Positions 24,524-36,600 of a stretch of 64,000 nt of DNA are shown in pieces. The position numbers were made by a program, and so were the translations under genes. Source of the DNA: Curvularia clavata. Taxonomy: Eukaryota. Position 1 is the stretch's first letter. Each line of letters opens with the position of its first letter. The stretch is taken from assembly GCA_023920165.1 (NCBI GenBank), contig CP089275.1, positions 3,968,001 to 4,032,000 on the forward strand, read 5' to 3'. The notes beneath the pieces were generated by a model. It had not been told where the DNA came from, did not search any database, and saw only the letters and a list, made by a program, of their open reading frames with translations.

Positions 24524-25630
24524 TTTGCTTTCTTGACTGACATGAGCGCACCACGCAAGGCATATCAGTGGATAAGTATAAAGAGATTCAACAAGAGCGT
24601 GACGACAAGAAGAAGAAACGACAGCAACGAAAGGACATGCTGAAGCATCCGGTGGCTCATCTGAAGAAAGTCGTATCCAAGAAAGACTAGGGCGGGGTTA
24701 TGTCATTTTCCTTGATCTCTAGACGGTTATAGACGGTTGGCTGGTTGGTTGGACATTCATGGCTTAATTTTTTTTTCCTTACACGGACATGACTTTCATA
24801 TTCCTCATGAGAGTCAAGGTACGTAATGGCGTAATGGTGCGAGCGGGGATGGGTGGCATAAGGCGTTGTATCTGGGATCTGGCTAGCAGTGTTGCTTCAT
24901 CAGTACGTCTGACCGCCGTCACGGCTGGTAATGCTCAGCGTTATTTTCGAACACTGGACGGTGCATACTATGGTTTTAGCTGACATCTGGCACGCGTACA
25001 CGGTTGGCTTGGTTTAGTCTGGCATAACCGCCAGCCACCCCTCGACCCTGCTTTCTTGACCATAGCTCCACACTGCGCACATGCCTTGCCTGGCTTGCCT
25101 TTTGCCCATGCACCGACCACCCCAAGCCAACCCACAGATCTCGTTTAGGCAGCTCTGAAGCTTTGACAGAAAACCTACTACATTCCACAGTCTTTTGTAG
25201 AGCGCCTACTCGATTGGGTAGTTTGGGACCTAGGGCTCTGTGCGGCCTCATGTGCTCAGCGGCACCCAGCATCTCCTGCGCTCCCTCTCCGCTCAAATCC
25301 GTCACCGCCCACCATGTAGCCTCTTCCCTAACACACCGCACTGATTGGCTCCCGCACTCAAGACGTTTTCCCCATGCGGCAGTTTCTTGAAAAGGCATCG
25401 ATTGCTGAGATCTCGTTTCAAAGGGCTCCCCGGTGCGATTGTGGTTAGTCCTCAGATTCCCTTTACGCTTGTCCGAATTAGTAACTAGTGTGGGCCTTCT
25501 GGACGTGATCCCTGCAACCTGGTTGTGCGGGACACACTGATGAGTCCACCCTCTGGACAGCTTTTGACACAAACCGCACGACGACACGCGATTGCTTGCT
25601 CCCCACGATACAACGTGACCGCGAGACAAG

Positions 25631-27726
25631 ATGCTTGACATGTACGTTGAATCCTAGTTCCTGGCCTTTTTTCATTTGGACAAGAATGCGCCATATGTGC
25701 AAAGAGAGGGGCATGCACCCGACAAGTTGGGTTTGGAGGGGTTTGCACATTGGAAGTGACAGAAGAATGAACAATGCAAACTGGGCAACAATACGCGGGC
25801 AGACAGGATACTGGCTGACAAGATTCTTTTCTACAGAAACGATTTCATCAAGGAGCGAGGCGGCGACCCGGAAGTGCGTTTTCCTCAAAGATGCTCGCGC
25901 GACCTGTTCGGGCGGCTAATTCTCCGTATAGAAAATCCGCGAGTCCCAGAGGAAGCGAAGCGCACCGGTAGAGATTGTGGATGAGATTATTGCCGACTTC
26001 GAAGGCAAGGATAAACCTACAAACTCATATGCAAAGCCAATTCTGACTTTGATCCGCTACAGACCACCGTCGCACGCAATATGAAGCGACTCAGATCGGA
26101 TCCAAGATCAACGCCGTACAAAAGCAGATTGGGGCCAAGAAGAAGGCCAAGGAGAACGCCGACGACCTGCTCGAAGAGAAGAAGCAGCTTGAAGAGTCCA
26201 AGAAGAAGCAGGAAGCAGAGGCCCACGCAAAGCTCCAGAAGCTACATGCAAAGGCAAAGTCGATAGGAAACTACGTGTACAAGGATGTTCCAGTCAGCGA
26301 CAACGAGGACAACAATGCCATTCTAAAGACATGGGCCCCCGAGGCACGGAAAGCAGAGCCTAAGAAGGACGGTATTCCACACCACGGCGTGCTGGCTAGG
26401 TTGGATGGGTGCGTAAACCCTCACACGTTGAGAGTCTACAAGAAACATGCTGAGTTTGCGATGCAGTTACGACCCAGAGCGAGGTACCAAGATTGTTGGT
26501 CACAGAGGATACGGTAAGTACCCCCCAGAACTGGCTATGCTTCGGCATATGCGCGTCGCGCAAGTTGAGCGAATGGCCCCTTATGCTGCATGAAGTGTCA
26601 TACTAACTTATTTGCAGTATGTCAACTCCACTCTTAATATCCCCTCCACCAGACTAGCTACGCTTCCGTTCGGAAAGAAGGCAAGCGTGCCTAGGAATTG
26701 CTTACGTTGGGTAACGTCGTAGCGTTGAGTGTTTGCTAACTTGTACTCGTCTAGTGCCTGACTGGATACGGTGTCTTCCTCAACCAAGCGCTGATCAACT
26801 ACGGTCTGGAGTTTCTGGTAAGTGTTTACATCTGGCGTTTTCCGATGACCGATACTAAAAATATATTCCTAGTTCAAGAAAGGCTTCACCCCCAACCAGC
26901 CACCCTTCTTCATGCTCCGGGACCAGATGGCCAAGACAGCACAACTGTCCGACTTTGACGAGGAGCTATACAAGGTCACCGAGAGCAAGGACAAGCCAGA
27001 GACCGACAAGTACCTTATTGCCACTTCAGAACAGCCCATCTCCGCCCTGCACTCAGAGGAGTGGCTGCACAGCGACCAACTGCCGATCAAGTACGCTGGA
27101 TACTCAACAAACTTCAGGAAAGAGGCTGGATCGCACGGAAAGGATGCATGGGGTATTTTCCGGATACACCAGTTCGAAAAAGTCGAGCAGTTCCTCCTCA
27201 CACACCCAGAGAAGTCGTGGGAAGCATTTGATGAGATGCTTGCCAACTCAGAGGAGTTCTACCAGAGCCTTGGCCTCCCCTACCAAGTCGTTGCCATTGT
27301 TTCTGGAGCCCTGAACAACGCAGCCTCTATGAAGCGCGACCTCGAGGCCTGGTTCCCTGTCACTGGTGGCGGAGAGTACAAGGAGCTTGTCTCCATTTCC
27401 AACTGCACTGACTATCAGACGCGCGAGTTGGAGATTAGGCACGGCGTCAAGAAGTTGAACGCAACTCGCAAGGAGTACGTTCACGCACTCAACGGCACTC
27501 GTAAGTTTTCTTCATTGATGACTGGAAACTGGATATTGACAATACATTAGTCTGTGCTACTGAGCGAACACTTTGCTGTATCCTCGAGAACTACCAAACG
27601 CCCGAAGGTTTCGTGGTTCCTGAGGTCCTGAGGAAATACATCCCAGGCCAGCCCGAGTTCTTGCCTTTCGTCAAGGAGTGGAAGGCGCCCAAGGATGACA
27701 AGCCTCTCCCTGACCGGACCAAATAG
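25631..27726 (+). CDS. SES1: Cytosolic seryl-tRNA synthetase; introns 25642-25836, 25874-25931, 26005-26062 (GC-AG), 26409-26466, 26513-26754 (twin intron), 26818-26872, 27501-27550
   Basis: [93 protein letters not shown]. Confidence 0.96.
26513..26754 (+). other. [D1,2] spliceosomal twin intron: internal intron 26514-26617 nested in the donor of the external intron (26513 + 26618-26754)
   Basis: TAC|G|GTAAGT...TACTAAC..TTTGCAG|TATGT...GCTAAC..CTAG|TGC. Removing the internal intron creates donor GTATGT, and only this route restores GHRGY-CLTGYG. Confidence 0.85.
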
Positions 27727-28098
27727 ATCTGAGTACAGTGTCAGGTTGGAGAAGGCTGGAGAGAAAAGTGTTATGAGCGAATGAGGGCAAAGAGATGGAT
27801 TGATGGAAGCATATGGCGCTGAAAGGCTGTGGTATATGCCATGCCGTAGCATTCGTGATTAGAGAATGCTAAAGATTTCTGTCGCATAAATGCAATGCAT
27901 GAGACTCTGAATGTTTCCTGTTGATTCGCTAAATACATTCGTGGTTGTGATAGCCCTTGGAAATACTTTCGTTCATGTTCGTTACCAAACGTTTAGCCGT
28001 CGTACTCTTTGTCAAGATAATTCTCATATTGATACCAGCAATCCCCAAGGAACATCCCATCCCATCCCATCCCCACCCCACCCCAACCCACCCCGCCA

Positions 28099-29385
28099 TC
28101 AAGCTAACCTGTTCTCCCAACTCCCCAACCATCGAAACCCTTTACACGCGCCCTCCAATTCCTCTAACGCCTTATTCACTGCCCCTTCTTTCCCATCCAT
28201 TCTCCTTCCCTTCAGTTCCACAAAGAATATGTAATCCCAATTCCTAACTCCACTGGGTCTTGTATTGATCGACGTGAGATTAATCCCCTGGCGGGCAAAA
28301 ACACTCAGACAATTTGCCAGTGCACCAGGGTTGTCGTGCTCGACTGTAAATGTGACGAGGGATTTCCAGGAGCCAGTTTCACCGTCATCCCCTTTGGTAG
28401 TATCGTTGGTCCTTGCATCCTGCTGACTATATTCGTCGGACTGTTCTCGTCGCCGAATGACTAAGAATCGTGTCGCGTTTCCCAATTTGTCGTTTACACC
28501 CTCGGCTAAGACGTCAAGGCCGAAGAGCTGTGCAGCGACGATACTGGAGAGGGCTGCGGATGTTCCAGATGCATCGGTAGAAGCAATTTCAGCGGCTTTG
28601 GACGTTGAGCTGACATCATGGCGTTCAGCCGTCTTAAGGTACGTATTTAGAAAGTTTTTGCACTGGCCCCAAGCCTGCGGGTGGGAGTAGATGCGTTGGA
28701 TGTGTGATAAGTCAACATCAGATTCATTTTGTTGTTTGCCTTCTTGTGGTGTGGCGCTCGTTTTGCTCTTCCGAGCAGGATTGGAGTAGCCTAGCAGACA
28801 GTGCCGGACGGCTACGTAGGCTTCCCCGCATACGAGGATGTCCGGGTATTTGGACTGCGCGTCAGCAAAGAGGTCGAGTGTGAAGACCACGCTGCCGTTG
28901 GAGCTATTTTCAAAGGGAACGACGCCCCGATGTGCAGTACCAGATTGCACGGCAGAGAAGACGTCTTCGATTGTCACAAGGGGTGTGAGTGTGGCGGATT
29001 GAGTGTCGTCTTGTTGGGGGAAGGATGAGAGGGCAGCCTGTTGAGTAGGGTTATGTGAGATGTGTGGTTGTTTTTGGAAAAGCAGAGTGTGGCCAGAATT
29101 GATGGATACGACACGGAGAGATGAAGGAAACTAGGAAAGCAAGACGAAAGTTTGAAAGAGCATGAACACGAGTATAATGGAAGAAGAAGTATAGTCATAG
29201 ACGTCTTCAAAAATCCCTTGCCAGAAAGAAAAGAAAAGAACAACATTAATACAGTATGTCAGAGGAGATGGAAAACATGTCAATCGATATGAGAAGTCTT
29301 TAAAAAAAACGTGACTCACCTGATGTGTATAGCTGCCCTCTGGCCCTAGATAGGCGACGACTGGTTTCTTCTCCTCATCCGCCAT
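28099..29385 (-). CDS. PHA2: Prephenate dehydratase; one intron of about 280 nt (about 29038-29319)
   Basis: VAYLGPEGSYTHQ|AA, GVVPFENSSNGSV, YSHPQAWGQC, NATRFLVI, ACT domain INLTSINTRPS. Confidence 0.94.
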
Positions 29386-29976
29386 ATTTGCTGCTGCGAG
29401 TAAGTATTGGATACAGCTCAACTCCAAGTTACGAAGGATGACTATATGGACTTCGGAACGACGTCGGAACCCGGTATCGGCGCTAACTAACGGATGATCA
29501 TCCTAGTAGTGCCTCAGGAATTCAGAACCGTACACGTAGGGCGCATTAAACCAAAACAAAGTACATTCAAAGCGCATTGAACAAAAGTACATACAGGGCG
29601 CAAGACTACGTCACGTCGGCCATCAACTCAAATACAGTCAAGCGCATCATTAGCATTCAAGTGCACGGTCATCAGGCAATGTCTAGCACAGGTTCCAAAG
29701 GCAATTTTTGATTCAGCTGAATTTGAGCGAGCGACGAGCTGGTGCATATAGGCGAACAATCTGCATTTCCTCCTTCCTTCCCCTTGGGACTACTTCTGGA
29801 GAGAGTCGCAGCCGATCAAAGACAATAACCATCCTTCAGAAAGCCACTCATTGTTGGTCCTGATAACAGCTAAGATAGAGCTTCTCGGACCGGATTTGGA
29901 AGAGGCTGAGTCATGGGCGAGACTGCCTCTCTGTGCAAGCGAGAGCGGGTCGTGGTAAGAATGGGTGTTGGTCGAC

Positions 29977-30057
29977 CTGTACGTCATTAGTGGGGGTTTG
30001 TCGGCAAGCACCTCGTAGACATACATTGCAAACCCTCCGTAGGCACTCCCATCTTAC
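29977..30057 (-). other. Putative 3'UTR intron of eRF1 (donor GTAAGA at 30057 or GTATGT at 30024; acceptor CAG at 29977)
   Basis: Minus strand ...CACTAATGACGTACAG| branch/acceptor with two candidate donors upstream. Confidence 0.65.
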
Positions 30058-30203
30058 AATCTGGAGAGGCGAAGCGTCGTTGCTTCGACTACTCCGGTCT
30101 TGACTCTGGACACGTCATTTTGACTTTTTGCGCGGGTAGCGGACGTTCCGTCACTCGAAACGAGTGGAGACGCTACCTCGCAGTCAGCGAGGGCGCACAA
30201 CCG

Positions 30204-31692
30204 TCAATCATCGTAGAACTCGTCTTCATCGTCATCGACTTCGGCAAGTTGTTCAAAGTTGAGAGCATAGCGGAGGATGGCGCCGATACCACCAAAGCCC
30301 TTGACGAACTGGTTACCCTCGGAAGAACGGTCCGAGACAAACTCGAGCGTAGCACCAAAGTCGCGGTACTTCTCAGCAAGCCATTCAAGCATGGAGCCCT
30401 GGTCAATGACCTCCATCTCCTGGCCAGTTTCCTTGTCCATGAAGATGCTTCGGTCTTCTTCCTGGATCTTGGTAGTGTGGAGGATGATTTCCGAGCCGGA
30501 AGAGCTCTTGAGGACCCAGCGAGTGATTTCCAAGTTCTCAAAGACAATAAGAGTCTCGGCCGCACCAGCCTCCAAAGCCTTCAAGGTGTCGTCGATACCG
30601 TAGCAGACCTTGCCAGAGTCCTTGGAGATGTGGTCAAAGTACTCGTTGATGAGCTTCTTCTCTTGGATGAACTTGACGTTGCTGAGGGTCTCGCCCGCGA
30701 GTTCGATAGCCTGGTTGAAACCGTTCTCGCCTCCGTAGGACACGTCGACAACCTTGATGACCTTGGACTGCAGGCGGTTGTCGAACAGGTCGGACTGGTT
30801 CAGGTCGTTCTTGAAATCGGCCGAACCAGCGAGAATGATACCGGCGACGTTGACCTTGTCGGCCGTGATGAAGTTCTGGACAGCCAATTCGGCGACCTTG
30901 CGGACGTAGTTGTGACGCTTTTCTTCACGCAGACGGGCGAAACGCAGGGCAGACTGACCACCGCGGCCGTGCTTCTTGGGAAGATCGACCGAGAACCTGG
31001 TGTTGTTGTTAGCATCAGGGCGTCGTGAGGTAATAGATTGTCGACTCACTTGTGGACGATTTCACGCGTGTTTCCAGACAGTGTACCGAAAAGGGCACCG
31101 TTTCCGTCCATGATGATGAAACCAAACTTCTGGTCCGACTCGAGCAGCTCGCTCAGGGCCTCTGTATGAAATTTGTTGTCACAGAGGTACAGCGAGGTGT
31201 TGATGGGCTTGAAGGGCTCAAAGTCAATGTTGATCTTGCGCTCCTTGCCTTCAGCGGTGATAATTTCACCACAGTAGACAACGAGGCCATTGGGCGGGAC
31301 CTTGGAGTAGAGCTTCAGACGCTGCTGGGTGGATGTGATGGCAGACAAGACGGAGAGACGGTTGACACGAGACTTGATGTTGGAGGCAGTACCCTGGGCG
31401 CAGGCACGTTAGTCGTTGGGCATGGGGTGGCAGGTGGCGATTGGGACAGACGTACAAACTCCTCAGCCAACATCTTTGCGGCACGCGAGATCTGATCCTT
31501 GGGGGCTTTGGACAGTCAGTCGATGGCTCAGTGGCTTGCCAGGTCGCTGGGCAGCGGTGACGTACGGATAATGAGCGAAATCATGGATGTGCCATTTCCA
31601 CGGGCGGCCTCGAGACGCTTGATGAGCTTCTTGACCTTCCAGATCTCAATGTTCTTCTCAGCCTCATTGGGCTGCTCGTTCTTCCCGGACAT
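30204..31692 (-). CDS. SUP45: Eukaryotic peptide chain release factor 1, 4 coding exons
   Basis: [20 protein letters not shown] (NIKS), [18 protein letters not shown] (GGQ). Stop is TGA followed by CGG. Confidence 0.97.
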
Positions 31693-32458
31693 GGTCGCGG
31701 TGTCTTTGTTGGTGTGCTAGAGAGGGTGAGGTGGGCAGGATGGGTGGGGTCGAGAGATTTTCTTGAGCTGCGGAGGGGCAGGCCCAGCAAGCGACGACGT
31801 AGTGTCACGCACGGCTTCTGCGAGCACGCGTTCGCAGAGTGCAGACGGACGGCAGGGCGGTGGTTGATTGCAGCCGGCGGGCGAGAGGGAAAAGATTTGT
31901 GCTGTCCGGGCTGCTGACTGGGAGTGTGGACGCACTGCAGGCGTCATATCTGGCATCAGGCACACACATAGACACCCACAGACTACGCAGCCCATGGCCA
32001 GTGGCAGCCTACCCGCCAGGACGCGGTGCCATTGGCTCGTTTGTGCAGCCAACCAGCGGCCAGCAAGCGCGAGGCTGCCTGCCATGCGCGTTATCAGCCG
32101 TAGCTCCCCCCGTGCGTGGGCGCGGGCTCCTATGACGGCTACGGTGCGGGGGCCCTGGCCTGGCGACCCTCGTGATATCGATCCACGGCTCCTGGTCTTC
32201 TGTGTCTTTCGATGCTTGCGCTTGCAAGGCCTTGGTCGGCGCTTCTTTATATAATCCTATCCGTCATGGCTCCGTCGCTGCTATCTCTTGCCTCCACAGG
32301 GTGCAATCTCAACCCGGCGATAGCCAGCCGTTGATTCAGGTAGCTCCCGCCTCCCTGCAGGGTTTGAATCAAGCCAGTTTTTCTATATCAAGCCTCCTGC
32401 TCCACCTGCATCCCTGGAACCGTGTTTTCTGCTTCTCGCCTGATCACCCGTTTTCGCC

Positions 32459-34516
32459 ATGGACATCAGAGGCAAGCAGCCCTCGACCTGGGACGCTTAC
32501 GAAGGCTCGGCCAGAGCATCCGTCGACTCGGACACTGCCAGCCGCGTGCAATGGGACCAACTCGAGCGCCGCCCAAGCGGAGAAAGCAACGCAACCAACG
32601 GGGGACGCTGGTCGGAAGCGGCCACTGAACTGCGCAGACGGCGGTGAGCATGACCTTTCGGCCATCTTTGTCTACGTCGCGTGCCACCAAGCTAACATAA
32701 ACCACTCAGATCGTCCATCGGCCAGCAGTTTGGCGCCCTAGGCGATGCCGGCGGTGTCAACAGTATCAACAACTTTGCGCGATCATGGCAGCGTGCTGCA
32801 GGCTTCTTCGAGATTACCCCCGTGCGACCCGCTTTCCGCGTAGAACATGACGAAGGCGGTGGCCAAGACGGCGACACCGAGGGCTCTGATTTCGCCCGCA
32901 GCGACCTGCCGACTCCCGTGCCAGACCAAAGATCGGCTCTGCGCCATGCCTTGCAGACTGAGGGAAGGCGCGCATCAGACAATGCCGTCGCGGACGAAGA
33001 GCAAGGCGTCAACGAGCAGACACAGCTGCTGCCCCAGACCGTCGAGCAGCGCCTGAGGGGAAGAGGATCGAGCATATTCCAGATTGAACCATCGCTGACA
33101 TCGCCCTTTGGATCGAGCTATGGCACCGCATACGGCAGTTTGAGCTCGCGCGTCAACGAGTCCTCGATGCGCCATGCTGGGCGTTTGTTCGCAGAGCAGC
33201 AACTCAAGGGTGCTACAGAGCCTGAACAAGAGCGAGAGCCGCTTCTCGTCAAGCAGGTCGAAGAGGATGGCCACATCATCAATGTCGTTGTGGGCCAGTC
33301 TACCATGCCACAGACTATTTTCAATTCAGTCAATGTGTTGGTGGGCGTAGGTCTGCTAACTCTTCCTCTGGCCTTCAAGTACTCTGGCTGGCTGATTGGA
33401 ATGATTTTCTTGGCATGGTCAGCCGTTGTCACGGCTTACACTGCAAAATTGCTTGCCAAGTGTCTAGACGTTGATGGCTCTTTGATCACGTTTGCCGATT
33501 TGGCATATGTTTCCTATGGCTCCAAAGCCCGGATAGCTGTCAGCATGTTGTTCTCCCTCGAGCTGCTAGCCGCCTGTGTTGCGCTCGTGGTACTGTTTGC
33601 TGACAGCATGGATGCGCTGATTCCCGGATGGGATATTCTGCAATGGAAGCTCTTGTGCGGCGTAATCCTAATTCCGCTGAGCTTCTTGCCTCTCCGCTTT
33701 TTGTCATTTACATCCGTCTTGGGTGTCATGTCTTGCTTTGGAATCACTATTGCCATATGGATTGACGGTCTTGTAAAGCCCGACGCCCCCGGTTCCATCC
33801 GCCAACCAATGACCCAGTACCTGTTTCCAGATAATTGGCTTACCGTGCCGCTCTCCTTCGGTCTCCTCATGTCCCCATGGGGTGGTCATTCTGTTTTTCC
33901 CAACATTTACCGCGATATGCGACACCCGTACAAGTACAGAAAGTCTGTCAACATAACCTACATCTTTACTTACATCATCGACGTGGGAATGGCATGCGCC
34001 GGTATCCTCATGTTTGGCGATGGCGTCTTGGAAGAAATCACGAGCAACATCTTCCTGACCGAGGGTTTTCCTAAGGGGATTTCCGTCTTCATTGCAGTTT
34101 GCATTGCCATCATCCCGTTAACCAAGATCCCGCTGAACGCCAGGCCCATTGTCAGCACCCTCGAACTTCTTTTCGGACTAGATGCGCGCTCTCTGTCCAT
34201 GTCCTCGTCAATTGACGGCATGGATGGCCTCACCAGGGGCGCCTTCAAGATCTTCCTGCGCATGATCACTATTGTCATTTTTGTCTTCATCGCCATTGTT
34301 TTCCCCTCGTTCGATCGCATCATGACACTGCTAGGAAGTGTCGCTTGCTTTAGCATTTGCATCATCCTACCATTGATGTTCCATTTGAAGCTTTTTGGAA
34401 AAGAGATATCCAGCGGAGAGAAGATGATGAACTGGGTACTGATCATTGTCAGCGCCATCATGGCCATTGTCAGTACCGTTTTTGCCTGTATACCTAAAGA
34501 GCTGCTTGAGTCTTAG
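32459..34516 (+). CDS. Vacuolar amino acid transporter (AVT1-like, Aa_trans family); intron about 32644-32709
   Basis: GGVNSINNFARSWQRAAGF, STMPQTIFNSVNVLVGVGLL, GGHSVFPNIYRDMRHP, multiple transmembrane segments. Confidence 0.88.
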
Positions 34517-34874
34517 GCATAGAAGATGCATGGGGGGGTAGAAGCGCGAAAAGTCTATACGCGATGGTGTTTGTCAATTTGTACGAAACGATATCCGGTA
34601 TTAATTTTGGCGTTTTGAGGCATTTTCTCCAATATCATTTTTTATTATGAGCTGTGTAATTCACAAATTGCAAGTTTGGGCGTTGGTTGTACTACTTTCG
34701 TATCCTGTTACCTCATTTTGTAATTTCGTTGAACCTAGTGCTGCGTGCTGCATTCACTTGGACCAACGTGCTCCGTACCTACCACTCTAGTCTGAAACAT
34801 CACACGGCAAAGGGAAGATAGTCTCTCACCTGTTTTTCATTCTCTACCCGTGCCTCGGTCGCGTGTCGCCCTCC

Positions 34875-36083
34875 ATGAAACCGTTTCTTCCAACTGTATT
34901 CGCTCTATACGCCGCTTCCGTATTCGCACTTGTCGTCCCCGACCTCTCCTCCGAGCCCGTCAGCACCGCAAACGGAACCCTTCTCAACGATACTCCATTT
35001 GAAGAATGGTTTAGGCCAACAAAAGCAGCTGGCGGTGACGAAGACGGCCTATGGACCCTTTCTGTCGCTCGCGGCACAAAGCTACTGCAAGGCATGAAGG
35101 GCAGTGACGCGGAGGCAGCAAACCTCTACGGCTTGGAAAAGACAGCCGAATCACCTTTTGACGGTGACCTCATCGATACATTGCGTGAATGGGGTTACAA
35201 CGACCACACCGATGCGCTGGCCAAGCAAGCAGACCCTGAGTGCAACTTCGACAGTCGCGACGGCCATATGCTTAGAGAAGCCTTTTCGGATCTAGGAATC
35301 GGAACAAAGAGCAGGAATCAAGGTGGTCAGAACCAATGCTTCTCAATTGAGCACTTCAACGGCGCGGCAGTCAAGTTGGATGACGACGGAAAGCTGCCTG
35401 CCAAAGCCAACCAGCGATACGACGTTTGCGGAAAGGAATACCGCGTCACAAATGCCGAGCATACAATCGGTGTCAACGCAGAAGCCGGAGCCGTATATGC
35501 TATACAACTCTCCTCAGCAGCCAAAGCAGCCCGCAGGTTATGGAAGAGAGCGCCACTCACTGAGGAGCTTCCAGCGATCCGCAGCCTCTCTGACATAGCC
35601 TGGGCATTTTGGAACCGGGCACATGCCGGGCAGGGCTTGCAGAACGTCAAGTATCTCTTCGTTACTATGATCATCAACAAGGAAACCAACCAACATGTCA
35701 AGCGCGCGTTGGGTACCCTGTCGCCGCCCAAGTACGAACCAGACGGCTGGCCAGGCCACGACTTCAATATGGACACAGATGCTGGCAGGGCGCTACTTGG
35801 ATCCCCAGTCGGGCGGTGGGCAGGATACTTCCTGATGCAACACAAGAGGCAGCTGGGTGGGAGCAAATACATTACTAACGTGAGGGTGTTCAAAAGTGAA
35901 AAGGAGGGAAGTTGGCCTTACTTTTTATTTTACGTCAAAGGCCCTGGGATGGCACCTATCTGGAAGCGCAACGGCAGTGAGGAGGAAGCAGAAGAAAATG
36001 GGTATGAAGGACCCAAGGTTGTCATGCGGAGCGAGAATGGAAGACATGTAGTTAGAGAGCATGTTGTTTGGGCAGGTATGTAG
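34875..36083 (+). CDS. Secreted protein of unknown function (about 400 aa), intronless
   Basis: Signal-peptide-like MKPFLPTVFALYAASVFA, long globular-looking ORF. No family recognised. Confidence 0.75.
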   Translation: MKPFLPTVFALYAASVFALVVPDLSSEPVSTANGTLLNDTPFEEWFRPTKAAGGDEDGLWTLSVARGTKLLQGMKGSDAEAANLYGLEKTAESPFDGDLIDTLREWGYNDHTDALAKQADPECNFDSRDGHMLREAFSDLGIGTKSRNQGGQNQCFSIEHFNGAAVKLDDDGKLPAKANQRYDVCGKEYRVTNAEHTIGVNAEAGAVYAIQLSSAAKAARRLWKRAPLTEELPAIRSLSDIAWAFWNRAHAGQGLQNVKYLFVTMIINKETNQHVKRALGTLSPPKYEPDGWPGHDFNMDTDAGRALLGSPVGRWAGYFLMQHKRQLGGSKYITNVRVFKSEKEGSWPYFLFYVKGPGMAPIWKRNGSEEEAEENGYEGPKVVMRSENGRHVVREHVVWAGM

Positions 36084-36600
36084 TTAGTAACTTATGCTCA
36101 AATCTGGTGATGTATGAGTATTGCTTGTATTTTCTACCCGTCAATCAGATCAGAATCTTCATTGCCTAAAACATCTATAACAAGTCATGTCTAACAATTT
36201 TATTTACAAGAAGGTCACGATCTCAAAACTGTTAGTTGACTATCGGTCACCCTCTCCCACAACCAGTAAAACCGGAGATACGAAACGAGCTCACCTACAG
36301 TGAAAAGACGCACTATAGCAACGCAACAGTTAATAGACAAACTGTGAAAACTACAGTTACTTTTAAAAGTAGGGTGGCCGTCATTTTCCAGTTTCACCGG
36401 CTGTGCCCACCCATCGGCGCCAAACCCCAGAAACCCCCGACCTCCGCCCATCAAGTACGTCAAGAAATTCTAGCAAGCAGCACCTAACCACCCCGTCGCA
36501 CCCGCATTAACCTCCCTTCGTTCCGAAACAAAACGCTTTTGCAACAAAAAGAGAATCTAACGTCTCGCGACCATCTGCGACACTTTTTCCAAAAACAAAA

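Noticed and set aside
30120..31028. 302-aa plus-strand ORF (similar cases opposite RPS1, URG1 and PBN1)
   Set aside because: Antisense to conserved genes; open frames are expected from codon bias.
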